From: an uncultured bacterium
GTDB taxonomy: Bacteria > Zixibacteria > MSB-5A5 > UBA10806
NCBI GenBank assembly: GCA_965541585.1
Contig: CBEUCH010000001.1
Location: 224,001-288,000, forward strand
Length of the DNA stretch: 64,000 nucleotides
Direction: 5' to 3'
Shown piece by piece: positions 46,641 to 56,150 of this stretch (within the stretch, counting starts at the first letter, position 1; every line of letters begins with the position of its first letter). The notes beneath the pieces were generated by a model. It did no database searches. It saw only the letters and a list, made by a program, of their open reading frames with translations, and was not told where the DNA came from. A program made the translations under genes and the position numbers.

Positions 46641-47729
46641 TTGGAGGACTACGAAACCGTAGGCGGGGTAGTTTCGGCTGAGAAACCGCTTACCATTGAC
46701 GACCTATTGATGTTTACCAAGGAGCAGGGAGCTTCGGATTTGCATCTTTCCGAAGGTTCTCCTCCGATGATTCGGATCGATGGTCGCCTGCATAAACTGG
46801 ATCTCCCGGGTTTGACCCGAGAGGGGATAAAAGATCTGCTGTTGGGTGCAATGAGCCCGGATCAGCGCAAGCGTTTCGACGAGGGATATGAGGTCGATTT
46901 CGCCAAGGAAATCGATGATAATACCAGGTTCAGATGCAATATCTACAAGCAGATTCAAGGATTGGCGGGAGCCTTCAGGACCATTCCGGCGGAGATCCGT
47001 ACGTTTGAAGAACTCGGTTTGCCGGATATTCTAAAATCACTATCGCTTATGGATCGTGGTCTGGTGCTGCTAACCGGGCCGACAGGTTCCGGTAAGACAA
47101 CTACCCTGGCCACCATGGTGGACTGGATCAACCAGCATAAGGAATGCCATATAATTACTATCGAGGATCCTGTCGAGTATTTCCAGAGAAGCAATCACAG
47201 CCTGATTAACCAGCGCGAACTGGGGGCGAATACTCATTCTTTTTCAAATGCCTTACGTGCGGCATTGCGTGAAGATCCTGATGTTATACTGGTTGGTGAG
47301 ATGCGTGATCTGGAGACGATATCGCTGGCCTTGACCGCGGCCGAAACCGGCCATCTGGTGCTTTCCACCCTGCATACATCATCGGCCACAAAGACAATCG
47401 ATCGTATAATCGATATCTTCCCCGCCGGGCAGAAGAGTCAAGTTCGCTCGATGTTATCCGAATCGGTGCAGGCGGTTCTAGCCCAGTCCCTCCTTCCCAA
47501 GAAAGACAAGGGGCGCGTGGTCGCCTGCGAGGTCATGATAGCCACGGTGGCCGTCAGAAACTTAATTCGGGAGGACAAAATCTATCAAATTCCATCGGTT
47601 ATCCAGTCCGGAGGCAAATCCGGCATGCAGTCTTTGGATCAGCACCTGCTGACCCTGGTATCGGAGGGCAAAATAGAGAGGACTGTGGCGGCTCAAAAGG
47701 CCGACAATCCGAAACTATTCTTAGATTAA
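46641..47729 (+). CDS. pilT: Type IV pilus retraction ATPase
   Basis: ASDLHL, GPTGSGKTT, TIEDPVE, LREDPDVILVGEMRD, AVRNLIRE. Confidence 0.95.
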   Translation: MEDYETVGGVVSAEKPLTIDDLLMFTKEQGASDLHLSEGSPPMIRIDGRLHKLDLPGLTREGIKDLLLGAMSPDQRKRFDEGYEVDFAKEIDDNTRFRCNIYKQIQGLAGAFRTIPAEIRTFEELGLPDILKSLSLMDRGLVLLTGPTGSGKTTTLATMVDWINQHKECHIITIEDPVEYFQRSNHSLINQRELGANTHSFSNALRAALREDPDVILVGEMRDLETISLALTAAETGHLVLSTLHTSSATKTIDRIIDIFPAGQKSQVRSMLSESVQAVLAQSLLPKKDKGRVVACEVMIATVAVRNLIREDKIYQIPSVIQSGGKSGMQSLDQHLLTLVSEGKIERTVAAQKADNPKLFLD

Positions 47730-47772
47730 CTTTGAGGGGTATCGCGTAAAGATCGATTATCGAAATAATCTG

Positions 47773-48183
47773 TTGAATCAGAGGGGCCTGACCCTGGTTG
47801 AGTTGATGGTTGCGCTTGTCGTAATCTCGATATCCGTTCTGGCCGTTTATCAGATGTTTATTACGGGAAGGGCATTGATTGTCGAGCAATACGAACGGCG
47901 TTACGCGCTGGAGAGGGCCGAGGCCTGGATGGAAAAAATGAAATATTACGAGAATGAACTCGATACCGTTCCCCTGGATTTTGCAAGATCATTCGTCGAT
48001 ACTTTGGTGCCGTCGAGCGATGAACATGTCGGGATCATGGCTGAATGTGTCATTGACGTTGAGCATAGTAACGAAAGAGATCCCGGGACAGGGATACCTT
48101 ATTATAGCACTGTCTCGGTCACTTATGAATGGGAATCTCTATCGGGTCGGGAATACAGCATAGAATTGAGGTCTATGTTTTAG
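47773..48183 (+). CDS. Minor pilin (PilV-like)
   Basis: MNQRG/LTLVELMVALVV class III signal. Confidence 0.8.
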   Translation: MNQRGLTLVELMVALVVISISVLAVYQMFITGRALIVEQYERRYALERAEAWMEKMKYYENELDTVPLDFARSFVDTLVPSSDEHVGIMAECVIDVEHSNERDPGTGIPYYSTVSVTYEWESLSGREYSIELRSMF

Positions 48184-48207
48184 GGATTGGCATTTTATTA
48201 GGAAAAT

Positions 48208-48786
48208 ATGAGAGTATTTCAAAAAATATTAGAAATGAGATCGGGCATGACCCTTATAGAGGTCGCAACCGTTATAGCTATTTCGGCGCTTTTATTTACG
48301 GGGGTGCTCATTGCCTTTACCGAAGGCGTAGGCCACTGGGGAGATACCTCCGAGGAGTTTACTCATTATAATGAAGGTACTGCTGCGCTGGCGTTGATGG
48401 GAAGATTCATAAGAAACGCCAGTTTCATCTCGATCAAGAGTTATTCCGGCGCGGCATTTGCCAAGCTGGAGCTGGATTATCCGGAGGATATCGGGAGCGC
48501 CGCTTTCTATTTCGTGAAGGAGAGTGGTAGTCTTAAATGGAACGATCAAACCGAGGGGCGCAATAAGTTTAACTTAAGACTCCTGCCAGCAGTGGAGTAT
48601 AGACAGGAAAGAGGCGAAAAGCCGTATTTGACGGTAAAGAGAGCCAGGTTTATTCCTCTTGATGATCTGGGTTTTGGGAGTCCCACTCTGATCGGCTACT
48701 CGCTGATAAAAATCGAACTTATCCTGGAGGATCCAGACAACGATACGTTATATTTGTCATCGGTGGTATCCAAGCGAAATAAATGA
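48208..48786 (+). CDS. Minor pilin (PilW-like)
   Basis: RSG/MTLIEVATVIAI class III signal. Confidence 0.78.
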   Translation: MRVFQKILEMRSGMTLIEVATVIAISALLFTGVLIAFTEGVGHWGDTSEEFTHYNEGTAALALMGRFIRNASFISIKSYSGAAFAKLELDYPEDIGSAAFYFVKESGSLKWNDQTEGRNKFNLRLLPAVEYRQERGEKPYLTVKRARFIPLDDLGFGSPTLIGYSLIKIELILEDPDNDTLYLSSVVSKRNK

Positions 48787-48836
48787 GATTTTTTGAAAGA
48801 CTCAAAGGACGGAGACGATCCGGAAGGAGATCTGTC

Positions 48837-50225
48837 ATGAATATCCGGAAATATAGATGTGAGCAAGGCAGCGTGTTGGTGATGGCGGCGGTGCTGTCGT
48901 TTTCCATGTTTTTGCTGGGGCTGTCTTACCTGGGATTCTCGAACGATATAATGATGGAGACGGAGGAGATGCTGGCCAGCGAGCAAATTCACTATGCGCG
49001 CTATGCCGGCATCACGATGGCCGATACTTATACAAGAACGAACTTTCCCGGGTCCAATTACCACGGGGGATTGAAAGAACTTAGCGATGGCGTCTGGTAT
49101 GATAGTTATATCTATTTCGGGGGTTATCAAGGGGGATATTACAGGACCGATGCCAATTATACTCTTGTCGGAATGGGACGTGTTAAAAGGCATTCGGGGG
49201 TTGAGCGGCAGTCAGAAGCCTACAGAAGCATAAAGCTGGAGACCTTCGCCGATTATCTTTATCTGTCCGATGTAGAGCGGGATCCGGAACGGGACGAGAT
49301 AATAAGGTTCTGGACGCCAGATACTCTGGATGGCAAGGTTCATTCGAATGATACCCTGCACATTATGGGTTCGCCCAGGTTTATGAAGAAAGTGACATCG
49401 GCCGCCTCCTATATCGATCCCCCTTGGAATAATGCCACGTTCGACGAGGGATTGACTTTAAACTCCAGGGAAATAGTCTTCCCTGATTTTGCGGATAGTA
49501 TTAAATTTTACAGCGGTTATAGTGGCTGGGGGACATTTCATCCCGACTCTTCAACTGAAATCACATTCAGCGGCCCCTATATTTATCGCAGATACTGCCA
49601 GCAATATAATAATCCCCCCCAACCGCCGATACTGTGTTTTCCGCCATTAATAGCAGATGCTCCCATGTTCGAGATACCCTCAACCGGCGCGCTATTTATC
49701 CAGGGCAAAGTATTCATAAAAGCCAATCGCGCAGGCGTCGATTTGATGGATGGCAACTTTCGGTCCATCGGTTACGAGGGACGACTAACGGTGGCATCAT
49801 CCGATACCATGATAATCTATGACAATCTTATCTACCGATTTGCCAGGGCAGATAATTCGATCCCCGGTACGATCGGTGAGATTAGAGACGTCCTGGGCCT
49901 GATTTCAGAGAATTTCATCATGGTGGGCAAAGATGTCGGGGATACCGTATATATAAACGCTGCCATGGCGGCCCTGAGAGGTTCGATATCGGTTCAGGAT
50001 ATTTACGATTATTGGGTCTTCAACGAAAAGCAATCGCTTTTCATATATGGCTCCCTGGCTCAGAGGAAAAGGGGGATTGTCCACACCACGGACTACAACA
50101 TCAGAGGATTCATCGAGAAAGATTATCATTACGACACAAGACTGCAGCAGTATCCGCCTCCTCATTTCGTTTCCACCGGCAATCATAAATCTATCTATAA
50201 CGAAGGGTTCTTTAGTGATGATTGA
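48837..50225 (+). CDS. Large PilX-like minor pilin, paralog 1 (DUF4900-like C-terminus)
   Basis: QG/SVLVMAAVL with no E5; DTLDGKVHSND, LGLISE, IYGSLAQ..RG, KDYHYD.RL...PPPHF; ATG 48837 after AAGGAGA. Confidence 0.75.
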   Translation: MNIRKYRCEQGSVLVMAAVLSFSMFLLGLSYLGFSNDIMMETEEMLASEQIHYARYAGITMADTYTRTNFPGSNYHGGLKELSDGVWYDSYIYFGGYQGGYYRTDANYTLVGMGRVKRHSGVERQSEAYRSIKLETFADYLYLSDVERDPERDEIIRFWTPDTLDGKVHSNDTLHIMGSPRFMKKVTSAASYIDPPWNNATFDEGLTLNSREIVFPDFADSIKFYSGYSGWGTFHPDSSTEITFSGPYIYRRYCQQYNNPPQPPILCFPPLIADAPMFEIPSTGALFIQGKVFIKANRAGVDLMDGNFRSIGYEGRLTVASSDTMIIYDNLIYRFARADNSIPGTIGEIRDVLGLISENFIMVGKDVGDTVYINAAMAALRGSISVQDIYDYWVFNEKQSLFIYGSLAQRKRGIVHTTDYNIRGFIEKDYHYDTRLQQYPPPHFVSTGNHKSIYNEGFFSDD

Positions 50226-50341
50226 TTGGGCTACAGATTGTAATGAAAATATATGAGATATCGGGTTTGTAAGAAGCCAGAACGTATAGAATCTCCCAAC
50301 CTCAGATGCGATCTGCAGGGACCTTTCTCAAGGAGAAAGAG

Positions 50342-51718
50342 ATGATTTTTTCAGAAATGAATAATAGGAGTCAGAGAGGTTCTGTACTGGTAATGGCGGC
50401 GGTGCTATCGTTTGCCATGTTTTTGCTGGGGCTGTCTTACCTGGGTTTCTCCAACCAGGTAATGATGGAGACGGAGGAGATAGTGACCGGAATGCAGGCG
50501 TATTACGCCGCCGCAGCCGGTGTCATAGAGGGCATCGTATATACTACACTATATGAACCTGGCACCAATAGCAAGATAAAGACGAAGAAGTTCTATGAAA
50601 AAGTTCAGTATGAGGGATATATCTACTTCAGCGGCTATGATATCGGGATTTATTCTCTCAACGCCGACTATATTGTAACCGGAACGGGAATTGCCAGTTC
50701 CTATTCGGGGTTTGAACGGCGGTATACCATTTCCAGCCAATTTGTCAAGGAAACGTTCGCGGATTATCTCTACCTGACCGTCGATGAACACGATTTGGTT
50801 TATGGCAACCGGATATATTTCTGGACCCCGGATACCCTTGACGGTAAGGTTCATACTAATGATGTCATAAGTATAATGCCGTGGTCTGATCGGCCGGTAT
50901 TCAAAAAGCGAGTTACATCGTCGGCGGGCTATATATCTCCTCCCGACAACCATGCCAGGTTCGATGAGGGATTATTCTTGAACCAGCCGGAGATCATATT
51001 TCCTGATCGAGCGGAGGAGGTTCGGCACTATGCCGGCGACATGTACACTTACGGCAGTAACCATCCCGATTCGGTTTATTGGCTGGCCTTTCTCGGTCCC
51101 GGCTACAAGCTGCGAAAATCGGGGGATCGGGGCGACACCTGGGCTGCAGATTGGCCGGAACTGCCATTGATACCATTACCGCCCTCAAGAGCAATTTACA
51201 TCGACGGTAAATCCTGGATTTCAACCACGCAATTTCCTGATTCTGCCAACCCCCGTGACGGCCGCCTGGATGGCCGGGTGACAGTCGCGAGCTCTGATAC
51301 AATGTACATCCGGGGGCAGACTCTCTACTCGTGTTTTGACGAGGCTAACAATATCGTGCCCACGAATTGCAATGATGCCCTGGGCCTGATCTCTGAGAAA
51401 TGGATTCTGGTATCGGACAGGCTGCCCGGCTGGCATTATGGAATTAAGATTAACGCCGGGATGGCGGCATTGCGCGGCTCGTTTTCTGTGGATAGGATTT
51501 ATAATTACAGTGCTCAGGAGCACCAATCGCTTTTCGTTTACGGTTCAATTGCTCAATACCACAGGGGAATAGTGCATCGCGGTTCATGTGGTTCGGGGGT
51601 GGGGTATTGTCAAAAAGATTACAAGTATGACGATCGGTTCAGGAAGAATCCGCCGCCGCACTTCATATCGATCGATAACAGAAGGCCCATTTATCGTGAG
51701 GGTTTCTACGTGGGGTGA
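50342..51718 (+). CDS. Large PilX-like minor pilin, paralog 2
   Basis: RG/SVLVMAAVL; same conserved blocks as paralog 1; ATG 50342 after AAGGAGA. Confidence 0.75.
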   Translation: MIFSEMNNRSQRGSVLVMAAVLSFAMFLLGLSYLGFSNQVMMETEEIVTGMQAYYAAAAGVIEGIVYTTLYEPGTNSKIKTKKFYEKVQYEGYIYFSGYDIGIYSLNADYIVTGTGIASSYSGFERRYTISSQFVKETFADYLYLTVDEHDLVYGNRIYFWTPDTLDGKVHTNDVISIMPWSDRPVFKKRVTSSAGYISPPDNHARFDEGLFLNQPEIIFPDRAEEVRHYAGDMYTYGSNHPDSVYWLAFLGPGYKLRKSGDRGDTWAADWPELPLIPLPPSRAIYIDGKSWISTTQFPDSANPRDGRLDGRVTVASSDTMYIRGQTLYSCFDEANNIVPTNCNDALGLISEKWILVSDRLPGWHYGIKINAGMAALRGSFSVDRIYNYSAQEHQSLFVYGSIAQYHRGIVHRGSCGSGVGYCQKDYKYDDRFRKNPPPHFISIDNRRPIYREGFYVG

Positions 51719-51754
51719 GAATGAGTTTTCAGTCTTGCTAAATCGGGGAGTTTT

Positions 51755-52810
51755 ATGGCGAAATCGTTTTTTGGATTAGATATCGGAACCTATTCGGTGA
51801 AGCTGGTGGAGATCGATAATGAAAACGGCCGTTACAGGCTCAAGAATTATTCCATTGTCGACCTCTACAGGGAAGGCGAAGAATACGATATTGAAGGGAC
51901 AAGCTATAGCCGTCAGAGCGAAGCACTGAAGAGTTGTTTTAGACAATTGAGGTTGAATCCCAAAAGGGTGAAAAATTTGAACTGCTCTATGGGGGGCACG
52001 ACCATTGCGGTCAAGCAGATAAGATCGATTCCCCTTGGAGCCGAGGAAATGGAATCGTCTCTATCTTTCGAAGCTCGTAAGCATCTACCGCTCGACGACA
52101 CGGATGCTATTCTGGATTTTCAGATTCTGGATGGTGGTGCCGACGCGCCTCATATGGATATATTGCTTGTAGCAACCACCAAGAAAGCATTCCAATATCG
52201 GGTGAAGCTTCTTCGGGAACTGGGGATCAGACCGAAGATTGTGGATGCCGAGAGCACCGCCATCGTCAATTCCTACCTTGTGCCAAGAGGCAAACCGGCC
52301 GGTGAGGGCGCCCTGATATTTCTTGATGTGGGCGCTAAGTTTTCAAACCTGACGATTTTTTCAGATCAGAGTATGTTTTTTTCACGTGATATTCCGATAG
52401 GCGGGCATAAGCTTACTGAGGACGTGAGATCCTTGCATGATCTTGAATACAAAGAAGCCGAGAACCTGAAAAGGGAGAAAGGCATGGGCGCGTTTTTAGG
52501 CGGATCCGAAGGCGGGAATTCATCTATCCGCGTGGAGCGCCGGATGGCGATCGATGGATTGATAGATGAAATACGAAGATCGCTTCGGTATTATACCAAG
52601 GAAACCGGCACTAGGGAATTTGAAAAAATATTGATGAGCGGCGGTTCGGCATCGATGCCCAATTTCAATTCTCACCTGGCCCAGGCGCTGTCGATGAACG
52701 TCGAGATCTACAATCCTTTCGAGCTATTTACGGTTCCGCCCGGTTTCTCCGATTCGGTGGCAGCCCAGATAGCAACGGCCTGCGGTTTGGCCTTGAGGGA
52801 GGAGCAGTGA
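51755..52810 (+). CDS. pilM: Type IV pilus assembly protein PilM
   Basis: GLDIGTYSVKLVE, LDVGA, IPIGG..LT, EIRRSLRYY, SGGSA, ACGLALR. Confidence 0.93.
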   Translation: MAKSFFGLDIGTYSVKLVEIDNENGRYRLKNYSIVDLYREGEEYDIEGTSYSRQSEALKSCFRQLRLNPKRVKNLNCSMGGTTIAVKQIRSIPLGAEEMESSLSFEARKHLPLDDTDAILDFQILDGGADAPHMDILLVATTKKAFQYRVKLLRELGIRPKIVDAESTAIVNSYLVPRGKPAGEGALIFLDVGAKFSNLTIFSDQSMFFSRDIPIGGHKLTEDVRSLHDLEYKEAENLKREKGMGAFLGGSEGGNSSIRVERRMAIDGLIDEIRRSLRYYTKETGTREFEKILMSGGSASMPNFNSHLAQALSMNVEIYNPFELFTVPPGFSDSVAAQIATACGLALREEQ

Positions 52811-53385
52811 GGGCACGATATTATTCAATCAACCTTAATAAGGCCTCGAACCAGCTCGATCAATTCGAGCAGGCACAAAAGAGAAGGAGGGTTCTCTCTC
52901 TCGCCTTTCTGTTTGCAGTCATATTTGCTGCCATGGGAGTTGTAGGCTATAAGACTTATCAGGTTCAGAAAACGATAGAGAAGTATAGATCGGAATACAG
53001 ATCGATCGAGGATAGAATTACACAGCTTGAAGCCTCCAGCGATTATCTTTCGCCCGAGGATGTATTCACTCTCGCGGAAATCACCAGGGAAAGACTGACG
53101 TGGTCGGAAAAGCTTTCCGTCCTCGGCAACATTCTGCCGAAGGACGTGGCCATAACCGAGCTTACATTTGACGGAAACCTGAATGCCTTCTTGATCAAAG
53201 GGATTTCCAAAGTCAAACCGGGATTGAAAGATCTCGATCTTGTAGTAGCCATCATTAATCTGGTGAAGGCCCAGGAAGGTTTCAGTGCCGATTTTTCGGA
53301 GATTAAATTCCAATCATCTCAGAGAGTGAGGCACCGCGAGCAGGAAATGGTTAGATTTGAGATTGCCTGTTTAATAAAGAGTTGA
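52807..53385 (+). CDS. pilN: PilN-like protein
   Basis: INL motif, TM helix, coiled coil, WS..L..L...LP.DV.ITEL. Confidence 0.8.
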   Translation: MRARYYSINLNKASNQLDQFEQAQKRRRVLSLAFLFAVIFAAMGVVGYKTYQVQKTIEKYRSEYRSIEDRITQLEASSDYLSPEDVFTLAEITRERLTWSEKLSVLGNILPKDVAITELTFDGNLNAFLIKGISKVKPGLKDLDLVVAIINLVKAQEGFSADFSEIKFQSSQRVRHREQEMVRFEIACLIKS

Positions 53386-53398
53386 ACCCGGAGAAACG

Positions 53399-54007
53399 AT
53401 GAAGACAAGTCTGATTATCTTCCTGTTGATGGTGATTCTACTTGGAGGTAATTATTTCTACTATGATCGTGTTATAGTACGCCAGCCTCAGGAGGTTGAA
53501 ATGCTCTTGAGGCAGATAGATGAAAAGAACAAGCAGCTTCTGGCGGCGCAGATTTTAGCGGAGAAGAGGGAAGGCGTTACTATGTTAATTCATAGTAACC
53601 TCGTCGAGAGCCCAAGTGATTCGCTGGCGGAGAAAGCCTCCATTCCGTTCTTACGCTATCTGACATCGACCATGGATAGACTGGGCATTCGGCTTGTATC
53701 GTTAACGCCCCGGGAAGTGATAGGTACAGACGACCCGATATCGATGAGCCAGAAGGAGTATATCGAGGTTCCTTACGAGATGAAGGTGATTGCATCGTAT
53801 AAGGAGTTTGGAAGGTTTCTGGATGTACTGGAGAAATCGCCGCACCTCATAAAGGTAAACGCTTTTGTATTAACCAACGATATCGAGCAGTCCGTTTTTA
53901 CCGAGGAGATTATCGGCAAGCCCAGGCAACATCCGATTCAGCTGGAGATAAGCACTTTAGCAATTTTGAAAGCGAGTTATAGAAGTGAATCAGGAGAGCA
54001 TTTTTAA
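53399..54007 (+). CDS. pilO: PilO-like protein
   Basis: N-terminal TM; Y.EVPYEM.V.ASYKEFGRFL..LE; gene position. Confidence 0.8.
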   Translation: MKTSLIIFLLMVILLGGNYFYYDRVIVRQPQEVEMLLRQIDEKNKQLLAAQILAEKREGVTMLIHSNLVESPSDSLAEKASIPFLRYLTSTMDRLGIRLVSLTPREVIGTDDPISMSQKEYIEVPYEMKVIASYKEFGRFLDVLEKSPHLIKVNAFVLTNDIEQSVFTEEIIGKPRQHPIQLEISTLAILKASYRSESGEHF

Positions 54008-54548
54008 AGGTTTGGCCGTGGTCGCGGTCACGGCTCTGGTTATTTTCATAGGCTATTCATTGTTCAGAGTCTACTATTGGGCGCCCGGGCAGGAGCATGG
54101 CGGAGCAGGTGCATCAGTGACTCTGGAGGAAAACATTGCGTTGAAAGCCTCCATAGACACGCTTGAGACGATGTGGAACGATCGTCAAAACTATGTTTTC
54201 AGGTTGGCGCAGGATCCGTTACATCTTGGACGCGTGATAAAGAATTTTGAGTACGCCAAGGCCGGCCAGTATGAATCGGAGGAGGAAGACGTAATCAGAC
54301 TATCCGCCACCGTCATAGACGACAATCCGAAAGCCATTATCAAATATAGCGGTAAGAGTTATGTGGTGCAGGTGGGTGATATGATAGGCAAGAATATCAA
54401 GGTATTGAAAATAGAAAAAATGCAGGTCATTATTGACAACCGGGGCAAGAGAATGGCGCTGATGAATAAGCCGATATCGGGTTCCGGGAATTCTCTGGAG
54501 GGTTCTGCTTATTCCAACAACTCCAAAAACACCATCTACAATTATTGA
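53985..54548 (+). CDS. PilP-like protein
   Basis: DP motif; LSATV..DNPKAII.....YVVQVGD.IG; lies between pilO and pilQ. Confidence 0.65.
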   Translation: MNQESIFKGLAVVAVTALVIFIGYSLFRVYYWAPGQEHGGAGASVTLEENIALKASIDTLETMWNDRQNYVFRLAQDPLHLGRVIKNFEYAKAGQYESEEEDVIRLSATVIDDNPKAIIKYSGKSYVVQVGDMIGKNIKVLKIEKMQVIIDNRGKRMALMNKPISGSGNSLEGSAYSNNSKNTIYNY

Positions 54549-54582
54549 ACATGATGTGCGGGTAATTTTTAAGGAGGAGATT

Positions 54583-56106
54583 TTGACTAAGGCATCTGTG
54601 TGGGGTACAATTATAGTATTAGCTGTGTGGTTTTTTGGGATATCGCCGGGAGCCGTCCTGGGACAACCCTCGCCAGAGAGTGATGCATTACCTGAGGAAT
54701 TGCAGCGCGGGTTGGCCAAGACGGTAACCCTCGATGCAGATGATGCTTTTCTGCCGTCGATTCTTACCATCCTGGCCGAGAAATCGGGTTTCAATATTGT
54801 AACTGGTCCCGGGGTAAACACCAGGGAGCGAATCTCCGTCCATCTCAAGGATACACCGATTGAAGAAGCCATAAACCTGGTGGTCAGGGCCGCCGGTCTT
54901 TCGTATGAAATCGTCGGGAATTCTTTTCTGGTTGCTGAGGCCGAGGCTCTGGAACAGGAGATAGGAATATCAGCGCACGTAATCGATCTTAAATACGCCA
55001 GCGCGAACGAGATGAAAGAATTGCTGCAGGACCTGACGGAAAGAATACAGATCGATACATCCGGCAACAGGATTCTGGTGATGGCCAGCCCGAAGATAAT
55101 CTCAGACATAAAAAATATTGTTCAGAGTATAGATAAGCCTGCAAGCCAGGTCTTGCTGGAGGCCAGGCTGATTGAAGTGGCCACCGACGATCTCGATAGG
55201 ATGGGAATCGATTGGGAGAAGCTCTCTCACCTTACCACGATACTCGCTGAATCGCCTCTAGTCAGGGAAAGTTTCACCGGCGCCACGGATGGCTCGTCGC
55301 GTCCACCGAACGAAACTGATTTTGGCGGCGAGTTTCCGGATCTGGATGAGCTTCCCGAAAAATACACCTTCGAGAAGATTGAAGGATTAGACAATGTGTT
55401 TCAATTCTCCCGTCAATTGAACGCTTTCGATATTACACTGGATTTTCTGATAAAGCGTAATAAGGCCAAGGTACTGGCTCACGCCCAGTTGACCACCATG
55501 AACAATCGCGAGGCGACCATCCTGATTGGCGAAACGATGATCTTCGCCGTGACGTCGAGGGAAAATGCCATCGTAATAAGAGACTCTATTGGTATCAAAC
55601 TGCATATTACTCCCACAATTAATTCGGATGATTTTATCACCGTGAAGGTCATGCCGGAGGTCTCTTCCATAATAGAACTGGTTCTCGACCTGTATCCTCG
55701 CAAAAAAATCAGAACGGCATCCACAACTGTGCTCGTCAAAGACGGTCAGAAGATCTTTATCGGCGGATTATTCTCAGTGGACGATTCAGAAGTTGAATTC
55801 AGGATTCCTCTGCTCTCAAATCTGCCTTTGATAGGGAATCTCTTCAAGCATTCATACTACGCCACCAAGAAGACGAATCTTCTGATCGAGGTAACCCCGC
55901 GTATTGTCAGGCAGGATGTGAGTTATTCGGATGCGGCGAATTTGACGAGCAATGGTAATCGTATTCTGGATGATGGAGTTATCACGGATTTAGAAAACCT
56001 CGAGCCCGATATTAGAGATTTAAAGGAATTCAAACCCGACGTTGAAGAAATAAAAAAGAATCAGGAGGAGATGACAACTCCTCTCGAAGAGAGATTAGAG
56101 GAGTAA
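54583..56106 (+). CDS. pilQ: Type IV pilus secretin
   Basis: LKYASA, IDKPASQVLLEARLIEV, NNREATILIG, GIKLHITP.I, IPLLSNLPLIGNLFK; TTG start after AAGGAGG. Confidence 0.92.
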   Translation: MTKASVWGTIIVLAVWFFGISPGAVLGQPSPESDALPEELQRGLAKTVTLDADDAFLPSILTILAEKSGFNIVTGPGVNTRERISVHLKDTPIEEAINLVVRAAGLSYEIVGNSFLVAEAEALEQEIGISAHVIDLKYASANEMKELLQDLTERIQIDTSGNRILVMASPKIISDIKNIVQSIDKPASQVLLEARLIEVATDDLDRMGIDWEKLSHLTTILAESPLVRESFTGATDGSSRPPNETDFGGEFPDLDELPEKYTFEKIEGLDNVFQFSRQLNAFDITLDFLIKRNKAKVLAHAQLTTMNNREATILIGETMIFAVTSRENAIVIRDSIGIKLHITPTINSDDFITVKVMPEVSSIIELVLDLYPRKKIRTASTTVLVKDGQKIFIGGLFSVDDSEVEFRIPLLSNLPLIGNLFKHSYYATKKTNLLIEVTPRIVRQDVSYSDAANLTSNGNRILDDGVITDLENLEPDIRDLKEFKPDVEEIKKNQEEMTTPLEERLEE

Positions 56107-56150
56107 GGAAATTTAGAATCTCGGAAACTCTAAATGACCAGGAGGATCCC

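Noticed and set aside
48837..51718. Diversity-generating retroelement TR/VR pair in the PilX paralogs
   Set aside because: The similar segment is N-terminal, the mismatches are not adenine-specific, both copies lie in full ORFs, and no reverse transcriptase is present
54300..55109. 269-aa antisense ORF and similar long shadow ORFs (e.g. 60065-60667, 16493-17026)
   Set aside because: They lie opposite well-supported genes and show no recognisable motifs
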